From the IMG/VR virus record IMGVR_UViG_3300026189_001009, positions 32,001-96,000 of that record: a stretch of DNA of 64,000 bases; one strand, written 5' to 3'. Under the pieces are notes generated by a model. It saw nothing but the letters and a program-made list of their open reading frames with translations, did not search any database and was not told the origin of the DNA. A program made the translations under genes and the position numbers. This document shows, in pieces, positions 56,761 through 64,000 of the stretch; the first letter of the stretch is position 1, and the number at the start of each line of letters is the position of its first letter. The DNA is from a virus.

Positions 56761-57614
56761 GTTTCGTAGCAAAAGAATATAGTGATAAAGAATTAGTGGC
56801 AACTAGAATACCACCTATGGTAGATGAAGATTTATATAACTTTATGAAAAGTTGTACACATGAACATACAGCAGAAATGCCAAACTTGTTAGATGACTTT
56901 AAAACTAAGATAGATGAATATGTCTTTAGCAATAATGTAAACAAACTGTCAGGCAATGAGCAGTTTAAACATCGTAATATTTGTATTGGTTGCACACAAT
57001 ACATTGATGATCTATACCAAACGTATGGATCTGATAACATAATGACTTTGGAAAATGATTACAAATACCATTGGAGATTGAATAATGACATAAAATTTTA
57101 CAACATAGATAACTTGGAAAAAGGAAAACAACTTTTGATCTCTATGCCTTTTCCATATACTGGTGATATACATCATAGTATGGACGAACTGTTAGATAGA
57201 TGCCATGAGTTAGATATACCTGTGCATATTGATTCAGCTTGGATTACAGCAAGTAGAAACATTGAATTTAATTACAGCCATCCTGCTATAAAAAGTTTTG
57301 CAGTAAGTTTAAGTAAAGGTTTAGCATTAGGATCACACAGAATTGGAATGCGTTGGTCTAGAGATGAAATGCCTGGCCCAATAACCATCATGAATGATTT
57401 TCATATGAACTGTAAAAGTTTAGTATGGATCGGTTTGAAATATATGGAAAAGTTTTCTCCAGGTTTCCTTTGGAACAAGTACGAAAAGCATTATAGTAAA
57501 ATAATAAAGGATTTTGATTTACAACCAACAAAAACAATACATCTTGCACACAAAGATGGACAACCAACTGGAATCAGATCTCTTTTATTATTTCTCGAAT
57601 ATAAACAAAAATAG
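56757..57614 (+). CDS. Compact PLP-dependent (fold type I-like) enzyme
   Basis: VHIDSAW, SLSKG (candidate Schiff-base Lys), RIG; ATGA-coupled start. Confidence 0.7.
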   Translation: MSFVAKEYSDKELVATRIPPMVDEDLYNFMKSCTHEHTAEMPNLLDDFKTKIDEYVFSNNVNKLSGNEQFKHRNICIGCTQYIDDLYQTYGSDNIMTLENDYKYHWRLNNDIKFYNIDNLEKGKQLLISMPFPYTGDIHHSMDELLDRCHELDIPVHIDSAWITASRNIEFNYSHPAIKSFAVSLSKGLALGSHRIGMRWSRDEMPGPITIMNDFHMNCKSLVWIGLKYMEKFSPGFLWNKYEKHYSKIIKDFDLQPTKTIHLAHKDGQPTGIRSLLLFLEYKQK

Positions 57615-57615
57615 T

Positions 57616-57644
57616 TTGACAAAACTATAAAAATAAAGTATTAT
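57616..57644 (+). promoter_or_regulatory. Sigma70-like promoter, probably leaderless
   Basis: TTGACA-17nt-TATTAT, then 6 nt to ATG 57651. Confidence 0.7.
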
Positions 57645-57650
57645 TAAAAT

Positions 57651-58838
57651 ATGAGAAAATTATTTTATATGGGCCTCGAGCCTTATGAAGGTCGCTACAC
57701 TTTACAACTACAAGATTGGTCAGAACGAGTTTTTAAGAAACGTAATATTGATTATACTATTGTACCAGGTACTACAATAGATAATACAAAATCAATTAGT
57801 GTTGGTCAGGTATTAGATGCACATGGCAGAAGTTATTTTGGTATGAGTCAGATGATGAATCTAGTACAGATGATGCGTAATGGAGAAGTAACATCTGATG
57901 ATGCAATCTTCTTTGAAGATATGTTTCAACCTGGTATGGAATCGTTACCATACATTTTAAATCAAGTAGATGAAAAGCATAGACCACAGATATATCTAAG
58001 ATGTTTAGCACAGGCTATTGACCCAGATGATTTTGTACACGTATGGGGTATGAGCAAATGGATGAGTTTGTATGAACAGTTATGTAACGAAATACCAAAT
58101 GTAAACATATTAGCAACAAATGAAGAAATGGTTGCACACATGAGAATAGCAAATTGGAAAGCACCAATATATAATATTTCAGGTTTAAGTTTTGGTAAAG
58201 AAGAAGTATTAGAAAGAGTAAACAATAAACTAACACCATGGAGTGAAAGAGACGATAGAATAATATTTGCGGCTAGATGGGATCAAGAGAAACAGCCTGG
58301 CTTCTTTATGGATATTATTGAAGAAGTAAAAGCAACTGACTGGGGTAAGGACTATGAGTTTGCATTATGTATAGGAGGACCTCTAAGATCAAATGCACAA
58401 AAATATGTTGATAGAGCTTTAGAGTTAGAACAAAAAGGTTTATTTAAAATTTATAAAGACTTACAGAAAAATGATTATTATAATTTACTGAACAAGTCTA
58501 AACTATTATTTAATTGTGCTTTACAAGACTGGGTATCAAACACAGTAAGTGAAGGCGATACATTAGGCTGTAACGTTTTATATCCAGCATACAGAAGTTT
58601 TCCAGAAACATTTGCTAATGATCCGGATAGGATGTATGTACCGTGGAGTAAACAAGATGCAATTAATAAAATGAAACAACTAATAGATCAACCACACAGT
58701 AATCAAGGTAAGATATCTGATTGGACTAACGGAACAATTGATAGAATGATTGATATTATGTCTAAAGATTATAGAGCAAATAAATGGTTAAGATCAGGAA
58801 GGGACTATAGAGATTATGCCTCAGAGTCAAAGTACTAA
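57651..58838 (+). CDS. GT-B fold glycosyltransferase
   Basis: IFAARWDQEKQP, YYNLL..SK, E..TLGC..LYP...FPE. Confidence 0.75.
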   Translation: MRKLFYMGLEPYEGRYTLQLQDWSERVFKKRNIDYTIVPGTTIDNTKSISVGQVLDAHGRSYFGMSQMMNLVQMMRNGEVTSDDAIFFEDMFQPGMESLPYILNQVDEKHRPQIYLRCLAQAIDPDDFVHVWGMSKWMSLYEQLCNEIPNVNILATNEEMVAHMRIANWKAPIYNISGLSFGKEEVLERVNNKLTPWSERDDRIIFAARWDQEKQPGFFMDIIEEVKATDWGKDYEFALCIGGPLRSNAQKYVDRALELEQKGLFKIYKDLQKNDYYNLLNKSKLLFNCALQDWVSNTVSEGDTLGCNVLYPAYRSFPETFANDPDRMYVPWSKQDAINKMKQLIDQPHSNQGKISDWTNGTIDRMIDIMSKDYRANKWLRSGRDYRDYASESKY

Positions 58839-59850
58839 GATATTAGTAACAGGTGCAACAGGTTATGTTGGATCACACGTTCTAAAGTATCTTAATGAAA
58901 AAGGTTATCAGACTATCGGTATTGATAGAAACGTTAGTGCAAGAGATTATATAACTAGACAACTACCAGATACAAAATTTTATGAAACAGGTCATGGCAA
59001 AGAATCTGATATACTAGATTCAATATTTCAAGAGCATAAGCCTCATGCAGTTTTACATTTATCAGCAAGTAGTTTAGTTGGTCCTAGTGTTACAGATCCA
59101 CATAGATATTATGATAATAATGTTGGTGGAACAATTAGTTTGCTTGGACTATGCGTGAAGTATGATGTTAAAAAGTTTGTGTTTACATCTACTAGTTCTG
59201 TATATGGCAATGGACATGAGCCACCAATCAATGAAGATGTACAAAAACAACCATTAACAAGTTATGGTGGAAGTAAATTAATGATAGAATATATCTTAAC
59301 TGATTACTATAAAGCATATGGTTTGAATAGTGTAACATTAAGATTATTCAATGTTTGTGGTGCAGATCCAGAACATACATTAGGTGAAGTTAAAAATGCT
59401 CCTACGCATTTGATTCCAAGTGTAATGGATACAGCATTAGGCAGAAGAGATATATTTAAAATATTTGGTACAAAATATAATACAAGAGATGGCACAGCTA
59501 TAAGAGATTATACTCATGTATGGGATGTTGCAAAAGCATTTGAAATGAGTATTGGATTTATGAATGATAATGAAGGCGATCATGTTTTTAATATTGGTGC
59601 ATCAGGAGGACATAGTGTTCAAGAAGTAGTAACAGCAATGGAAAAAGTATTAGATAAGAAAGTTCCAGTTGAGCATCATGCACCTAGAGAAGGTGATCCG
59701 GAATGTGTTATTGCAGATGTTTCCAAAGCTAAAGAACAGCTAGGTTGGGAACCTGAAAAATCAGATATTGACACTATATGCAAAGATACTGTACAATGGT
59801 TTGATACAGACATTTATAAAGCAATTGATATCAAAAAGGTAATACAGTAA
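58816..59850 (+). CDS. galE: NDP-sugar 4-epimerase (GalE-like)
   Basis: TGATGYVG, YGGSK, LRLFN, DGTAIRDY.HV, REGDP. Confidence 0.88.
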   Translation: MPQSQSTKILVTGATGYVGSHVLKYLNEKGYQTIGIDRNVSARDYITRQLPDTKFYETGHGKESDILDSIFQEHKPHAVLHLSASSLVGPSVTDPHRYYDNNVGGTISLLGLCVKYDVKKFVFTSTSSVYGNGHEPPINEDVQKQPLTSYGGSKLMIEYILTDYYKAYGLNSVTLRLFNVCGADPEHTLGEVKNAPTHLIPSVMDTALGRRDIFKIFGTKYNTRDGTAIRDYTHVWDVAKAFEMSIGFMNDNEGDHVFNIGASGGHSVQEVVTAMEKVLDKKVPVEHHAPREGDPECVIADVSKAKEQLGWEPEKSDIDTICKDTVQWFDTDIYKAIDIKKVIQ

Positions 59851-59909
59851 GTGTTAAGATTATTTAAAATTATAAAGGCAACCCTCTGCCTTAACATCGG
59901 GAGAAACAA

Positions 59910-60587
59910 ATGAGTGTAAGTGAAGAAATTAAAAAAAGATTACAAGAAGCAGGCAAAAGATTTCATAGCAATGATAATATATCTGAATATATTAAAGAAG
60001 GCGAACTAGATAAACTTCAAACTGAGGTACAAGAAAAGTTTTATGAAGTATTACAAACTTTAGTAATTGATACTGAAGGAGATCATAACACACAAGACAC
60101 AGCAAGAAGAGTTGCTAAGATGTGGGTCAAAGAAACGTTTGGCGGTAGATATAAGCCAGCACCAAAGATTACGAGTTTTCCAAACATGGGATACAAAAGT
60201 ATGTACACATCTGGTCCAATTAGTATTAGATCAACTTGTGCTCACCACTTTCAGAACATTGTAGGTAAAGCATGGGTTGGTATCATTCCTAATGGTGAAG
60301 TAATTGGACTATCAAAGTTTAATAGAATTATACATCATATTGTGGAAAGACCACAGATACAAGAAGAGATGACAACACAGATTGCAGAAGCATTAGAAGA
60401 ATATGCACACACTAAAAATATCGCGGTAGTCGTAAAAGCAGAACATCATTGTATGACTCATAGAGGTGTGCGTGAACATGAATCAGATATGACGACAGCG
60501 ATAATGTTAGGACACTTTAAAGAAGATCCAGCAACAAGAGATGAGTTTTACAAGATATGTTTATCAATGAAAGGACACAGAAACTAA
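59910..60587 (+). CDS. folE: GTP cyclohydrolase I
   Basis: STCAHH, IGLSKF.R, RPQIQEE, HHCM..RGV. Confidence 0.95.
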   Translation: MSVSEEIKKRLQEAGKRFHSNDNISEYIKEGELDKLQTEVQEKFYEVLQTLVIDTEGDHNTQDTARRVAKMWVKETFGGRYKPAPKITSFPNMGYKSMYTSGPISIRSTCAHHFQNIVGKAWVGIIPNGEVIGLSKFNRIIHHIVERPQIQEEMTTQIAEALEEYAHTKNIAVVVKAEHHCMTHRGVREHESDMTTAIMLGHFKEDPATRDEFYKICLSMKGHRN

Positions 60588-60588
60588 T

Positions 60589-61170
60589 ATGAATGAAGAT
60601 TGGATTATACCAAAAGTCACATTTAGAACAAGAGAAGGTGACGAAGAAACAGAAGATGGTGGTTGTGCTATTGGTGGACATTGGGTAACAAAAACAACAG
60701 ATGACTATTTTAAAGGAAAAAGAGTAGTACTGTTTAGTTTACCGGGTGCATTCACTCCTACTTGCTCATCACAACAACTACCAGGATTTGAAGACAACTT
60801 TGAAAAAATTAAAGCAATGGGAATAGATGATATCTATTGCTGTTCAGTAAATGACTCTTATGTAATGAATGCATGGGCTAAACACATGGGTATTAAACAC
60901 GTTAAGATGATACCTGATGGTTCAGGTAACTTTACAAGATTTATGGGAATGCTAATTGGAAAGAACCATTTAGGATTTGGTATGCGTAGTTGGAGATATA
61001 TGTGTGTCATCAATAATGGAGTTGTTGAAGCATGGTGGGAAGAACCAGGTATTAACAATGACGGAGAAGATGATGATCCATATGAGGAATCAACACCGGA
61101 GAATATGATTCAGTATCTAGAGGCACATCATGATGTGAAACCTTTAGTACTCACAGACGAAGTAGTATAA
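60589..61170 (+). CDS. Peroxiredoxin (Prx5-like)
   Basis: LPGAFTPTCS, SVND.YVM.AW, RSWRY. Confidence 0.93.
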   Translation: MNEDWIIPKVTFRTREGDEETEDGGCAIGGHWVTKTTDDYFKGKRVVLFSLPGAFTPTCSSQQLPGFEDNFEKIKAMGIDDIYCCSVNDSYVMNAWAKHMGIKHVKMIPDGSGNFTRFMGMLIGKNHLGFGMRSWRYMCVINNGVVEAWWEEPGINNDGEDDDPYEESTPENMIQYLEAHHDVKPLVLTDEVV

Positions 61171-61183
61171 ACAAGAGGGAAAA

Positions 61184-62299
61184 ATGAGAATCAAACCTGA
61201 CGTTAAGTTGGACTATAAAGATGTTCTACTCGAACCAAAAAGATCTAAGCTAACAACTCGTAAAGAAGTTGTTATGGAAAGAGAATTTACTTTCCTTAAT
61301 TCTGGGAAAACTTTTAAAGGCACTCCTATTATGGCAAGTAATATGGATGGTGTTGGTACATTTGAAATGGCCAAAGTATTACAAAATCACAGAATGCTTA
61401 CTATTATGAGAAAGCATTATACATTAGAAGATTGGGATAATGCTGTAGGCGACGGATTAAGATTAAAGTATGTTTCAATCTGTACTGGAACTGGAAGAAT
61501 TTGGTCTGAAGATGCACAAGATTATAGTGTAATGAGAGAAGTATTGACAAAGTATCCTGACATTCCTTTTATTACAATTGATGTTGCTAATGGTTATCAT
61601 CAAAACTTTGTTGAGTTTGTAGCAAAAGTCAGAGATGAATTTCCAGATAAGACTATCATTGCAGGTAACGTTATCACGCCTGAAATGACTGAAGAACTAA
61701 TTATGCGTGGAGCAGACATTGTCAAATGTGGTATTGGTCCTGGATCGGTATGTACAACACGTTTAATGACTGGTGTAGGTGTACCACAGCTATCAGGAAT
61801 TATTGAATGTGCCGATGCCGCTCATGGTGTAGGTGGACAAGTAGTTGCAGATGGTGGTTGCGTATATCCAGGAGACGTAGCAAAAGGTTTTTCAGCAGGT
61901 GCAGACTTTATTATGCTTGGAGGTATGTTAGCTGGACATGACGAAGGTGGTGGAAATGTTATTACTAAACATACTGCCAATGGTGATGCACATCAACTAG
62001 CTGACGGAACTTATGTTCCATACTTTGAGAAAAAACAGTTTATACAGTTCTACGGAATGAGTTCAGATGCCGCAATGGCTAAACATGGTAGTAGAAAAGA
62101 TGGGTATAGAGGTGCTGAAGGTAAGTTAGTTTCTATTCCTTATAAAGGTCCTGTTGAAGATACAGTAACAGAGATCCTTGGAGGTATACGATCAGCTTGT
62201 ACATACATAGGTGCAAGAAGAATTAAAGATATGCCTAAGTGTACAACCTTTGTACAAGTTAATAATCAAGTCAATGAGGTGTTTAATAGATATGAGTAA
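61184..62299 (+). CDS. guaC: GMP reductase
   Basis: ASNMDGVGTF, DVANGY, GIGPGSVCTTR, FYGMSS, YRGAEGK. Confidence 0.93.
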   Translation: MRIKPDVKLDYKDVLLEPKRSKLTTRKEVVMEREFTFLNSGKTFKGTPIMASNMDGVGTFEMAKVLQNHRMLTIMRKHYTLEDWDNAVGDGLRLKYVSICTGTGRIWSEDAQDYSVMREVLTKYPDIPFITIDVANGYHQNFVEFVAKVRDEFPDKTIIAGNVITPEMTEELIMRGADIVKCGIGPGSVCTTRLMTGVGVPQLSGIIECADAAHGVGGQVVADGGCVYPGDVAKGFSAGADFIMLGGMLAGHDEGGGNVITKHTANGDAHQLADGTYVPYFEKKQFIQFYGMSSDAAMAKHGSRKDGYRGAEGKLVSIPYKGPVEDTVTEILGGIRSACTYIGARRIKDMPKCTTFVQVNNQVNEVFNRYE

Positions 62300-62801
62300 T
62301 ATAGAAAAGAAGTTTATTAACCATGCTACTGTGGCCGCGTATTTGGGAATCATTGTTGAGAAAATGAACAAAGATGCTTTTAAGCCCGACCTAGTAGTTG
62401 GGTTAAGCAGAGGTGGTTTACCACCAGGAGTTATGTTAAGTCATTTCTTAAACAAGCCGTTTGTACCTTTTCAAACTAGTTTAAGAGATCATCCAATGTG
62501 GAGTCTTAACACAGATCAACTTTCAAGTGTAGAAAAAGTTGTTGTTGTAGATGACATCTGTGATACCGGAGATACATTTAAAAAAATTAAACAAGAGCTA
62601 TCAGAAAAGTTTCCAAGCCTTGATGTAAGGTTTGCTTGTTTGCATTATAACAAACCAAGCGGTTTTGATATTGATTGGTATGGGTCTCAAATAGATAAAG
62701 TCAATCAAGATGTATGGGTAGTGTATCCATGGGAAGATTGGTTTGATAGAGATGCAGTTGAAAATACTGTAGTTAATGACATCATAGGAAGAATAAAATG
62801 A
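62292..62801 (+). CDS. Type I phosphoribosyltransferase (xanthine/guanine PRT-like)
   Basis: GLSRGGL, VVVVDDICDTGDT, WVVYPWE. Confidence 0.88.
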   Translation: MSNIEKKFINHATVAAYLGIIVEKMNKDAFKPDLVVGLSRGGLPPGVMLSHFLNKPFVPFQTSLRDHPMWSLNTDQLSSVEKVVVVDDICDTGDTFKKIKQELSEKFPSLDVRFACLHYNKPSGFDIDWYGSQIDKVNQDVWVVYPWEDWFDRDAVENTVVNDIIGRIK

Positions 62802-63250
62802 GTAGTGAAAAATGGCCTTGGGAAGTATACAGCGATGAAACAAAACATCATAACAAGTATCCAAAAGAATATAAAGACGCAGTTTGGTGGTTAAATTCAA
62901 AACCTATTAAAGATGAACCACAGTATTCTGTGTTTATGGACAAGTATCCAGCAGTCGAAGGACATAGATTATACATTCCAAAAACAAATGATGCACCCGG
63001 TATGATTGGATTATGTTTCCAAGAAGCATATAGAGATGGAATGGAAATGATTAAAGAAGGAAAAATTGAAGGATTCAATATGGGAATGAACATAAATGAG
63101 GTAGCAGGACAGTCAATATTTTGGCCCCATGTACATTTTCTTCCAAGACACAAGAATGATATTAAAGGAAGAAATGCTGGAATGAGAATGGCAGTTCATA
63201 CAATTGATCCATATAATCCAGATAATCAAATTGACAAAAAATCTAAATAG
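62798..63250 (+). CDS. HIT-family nucleotide hydrolase
   Basis: DKYP..EGH, AGQS..WPHVHFLPR. Confidence 0.88.
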   Translation: MSSEKWPWEVYSDETKHHNKYPKEYKDAVWWLNSKPIKDEPQYSVFMDKYPAVEGHRLYIPKTNDAPGMIGLCFQEAYRDGMEMIKEGKIEGFNMGMNINEVAGQSIFWPHVHFLPRHKNDIKGRNAGMRMAVHTIDPYNPDNQIDKKSK

Positions 63251-63258
63251 TGTATAGT
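63231..63258 (+). promoter_or_regulatory. Sigma70-like promoter, probably leaderless
   Basis: TTGACA-16nt-TATAGT, then 7 nt to ATG 63266. Confidence 0.6.
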
Positions 63259-63265
63259 ATATATT

Positions 63266-64000
63266 ATGGAAGAGAAGAAGTATTATTATTCGGAGATATT
63301 TCATAGTATTCAAGGAGAAGGACACTATACAGGTGTTCCGACAGCTTGGATAAGATTCTTCTTATGTAATTTACAATGTAATGGATTTGGACAAATAGAT
63401 CCAACAACACCAGAAACATATGAATTACCATTTGAAGACTTTGATATATCAACTATAAAAAGAGTAGAAGACTTGCCTGTATGGGAAAAAGGTTGTGATA
63501 GTTCTTATACTTGGGCAAAAAAGTTTAAAGGTTTAATGGGGCATGAGACTCCATCAACATTAGCAAACAAAATTGTAGACATAATGAAAAATGAAAGTAA
63601 TCCTGAAGGATTATTTCTACATCCTATTACAAAACAAAGACAACACTTATGTATAACAGGTGGTGAACCATTAATGGCAACAGGACAATTTGCAACTGTA
63701 GGAATATATGAAGAACTTGAAAGACAAGGTAATTTGCCAGAGTCAATGACATTTGAAACTAACGGTACACAAAAAATTAGACAACCATTTATTGATTGGG
63801 TAAACAGAATAGATACAGAAATATTCTTTAGTGTAAGTCCTAAATTGTTTACAGTTTCAGGAGAGACTCCGGAAAAAGCTATTAAACCTGAGGTAGTAGC
63901 AGAATATAGAAAACTTTCTAGTAAAGGACAGTTGAAGTTTGTGGTAGGTCCAAAAGATAGAGAGTGGGATGAAATGGAATCCGTAATCAAACAGTTTAAA
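63266..64000 (+). CDS. queE: 7-carboxy-7-deazaguanine synthase-like radical SAM protein; runs off the window and is absent from the ORF track
   Basis: Hand translation: SEIFHSIQGEG..TG.P..IRF..CNLQC...GCDS, ITGGEP, FETNGT, SVSPK, LKFVV. Confidence 0.88.
   Translation, partial: MEEKKYYYSEIFHSIQGEGHYTGVPTAWIRFFLCNLQCNGFGQIDPTTPETYELPFEDFDISTIKRVEDLPVWEKGCDSSYTWAKKFKGLMGHETPSTLANKIVDIMKNESNPEGLFLHPITKQRQHLCITGGEPLMATGQFATVGIYEELERQGNLPESMTFETNGTQKIRQPFIDWVNRIDTEIFFSVSPKLFTVSGETPEKAIKPEVVAEYRKLSSKGQLKFVVGPKDREWDEMESVIKQFK

Noticed and set aside
3289-63990. Numerous minus-strand and nested ORFs in the six-frame track (e.g. 13019..13573, 44597..45073, 54613..55023, 63505..63990)
   Set aside because: They are shadows of well-supported plus-strand genes and have no motifs or RBS. 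63505..63990 is antisense to queE.
1-64000. Alternative genetic code or stop-codon reassignment
   Set aside because: Recognisable genes are full length under code 11, TAA, TAG and TGA all end genes, and no suppressor tRNA was seen.
1-64000. Cellular (bacterial chromosome) origin because of many metabolic genes
   Set aside because: Single-strand dense coding, T4-type late promoters, gp44-like loader, fibre-like gene and mosaic gene order point to a phage.

Overview
This AT-rich window is almost entirely + strand and densely coded. It looks like part of a large T4-like (jumbo-type) tailed phage genome: TAAATA late-promoter motifs, sigma70-like TTGACA promoters, an ATP-dependent ligase, a clamp-loader subunit, GroES and a stand-alone DnaE fragment. 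Host-like genes (fpr, pepA, hfq, guaC, nadE, peroxiredoxin) suggest an aquatic proteobacterial host; this is inference. Main blocks: (1) seven tandem radical SAM genes followed by tRNA-Glu, MTA/SAH nucleosidase and ferredoxin-NADP reductase; (2) ligase, small membrane proteins, SET, GIY-YIG, PepA, UvsE and oxygenases; (3) a late block of proteins sharing an N-terminal M[KR]xx[ED]...E motif, probably capsid-internal and including a SOD; (4) four more tRNAs, a PRMT-like methyltransferase and an exported-protein trio with a dnaX-type -1 frameshift signal; (5) a divergent Hfq followed by a candidate structured ncRNA; (6) a TGT/DpdA-like gene clustered with radical SAM, PLP enzyme, glycosyltransferase, epimerase, folE and queE, a candidate novel 7-deazaguanine hypermodification system. 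All calls come from motif reading by eye; no database searches or folding programs were run.
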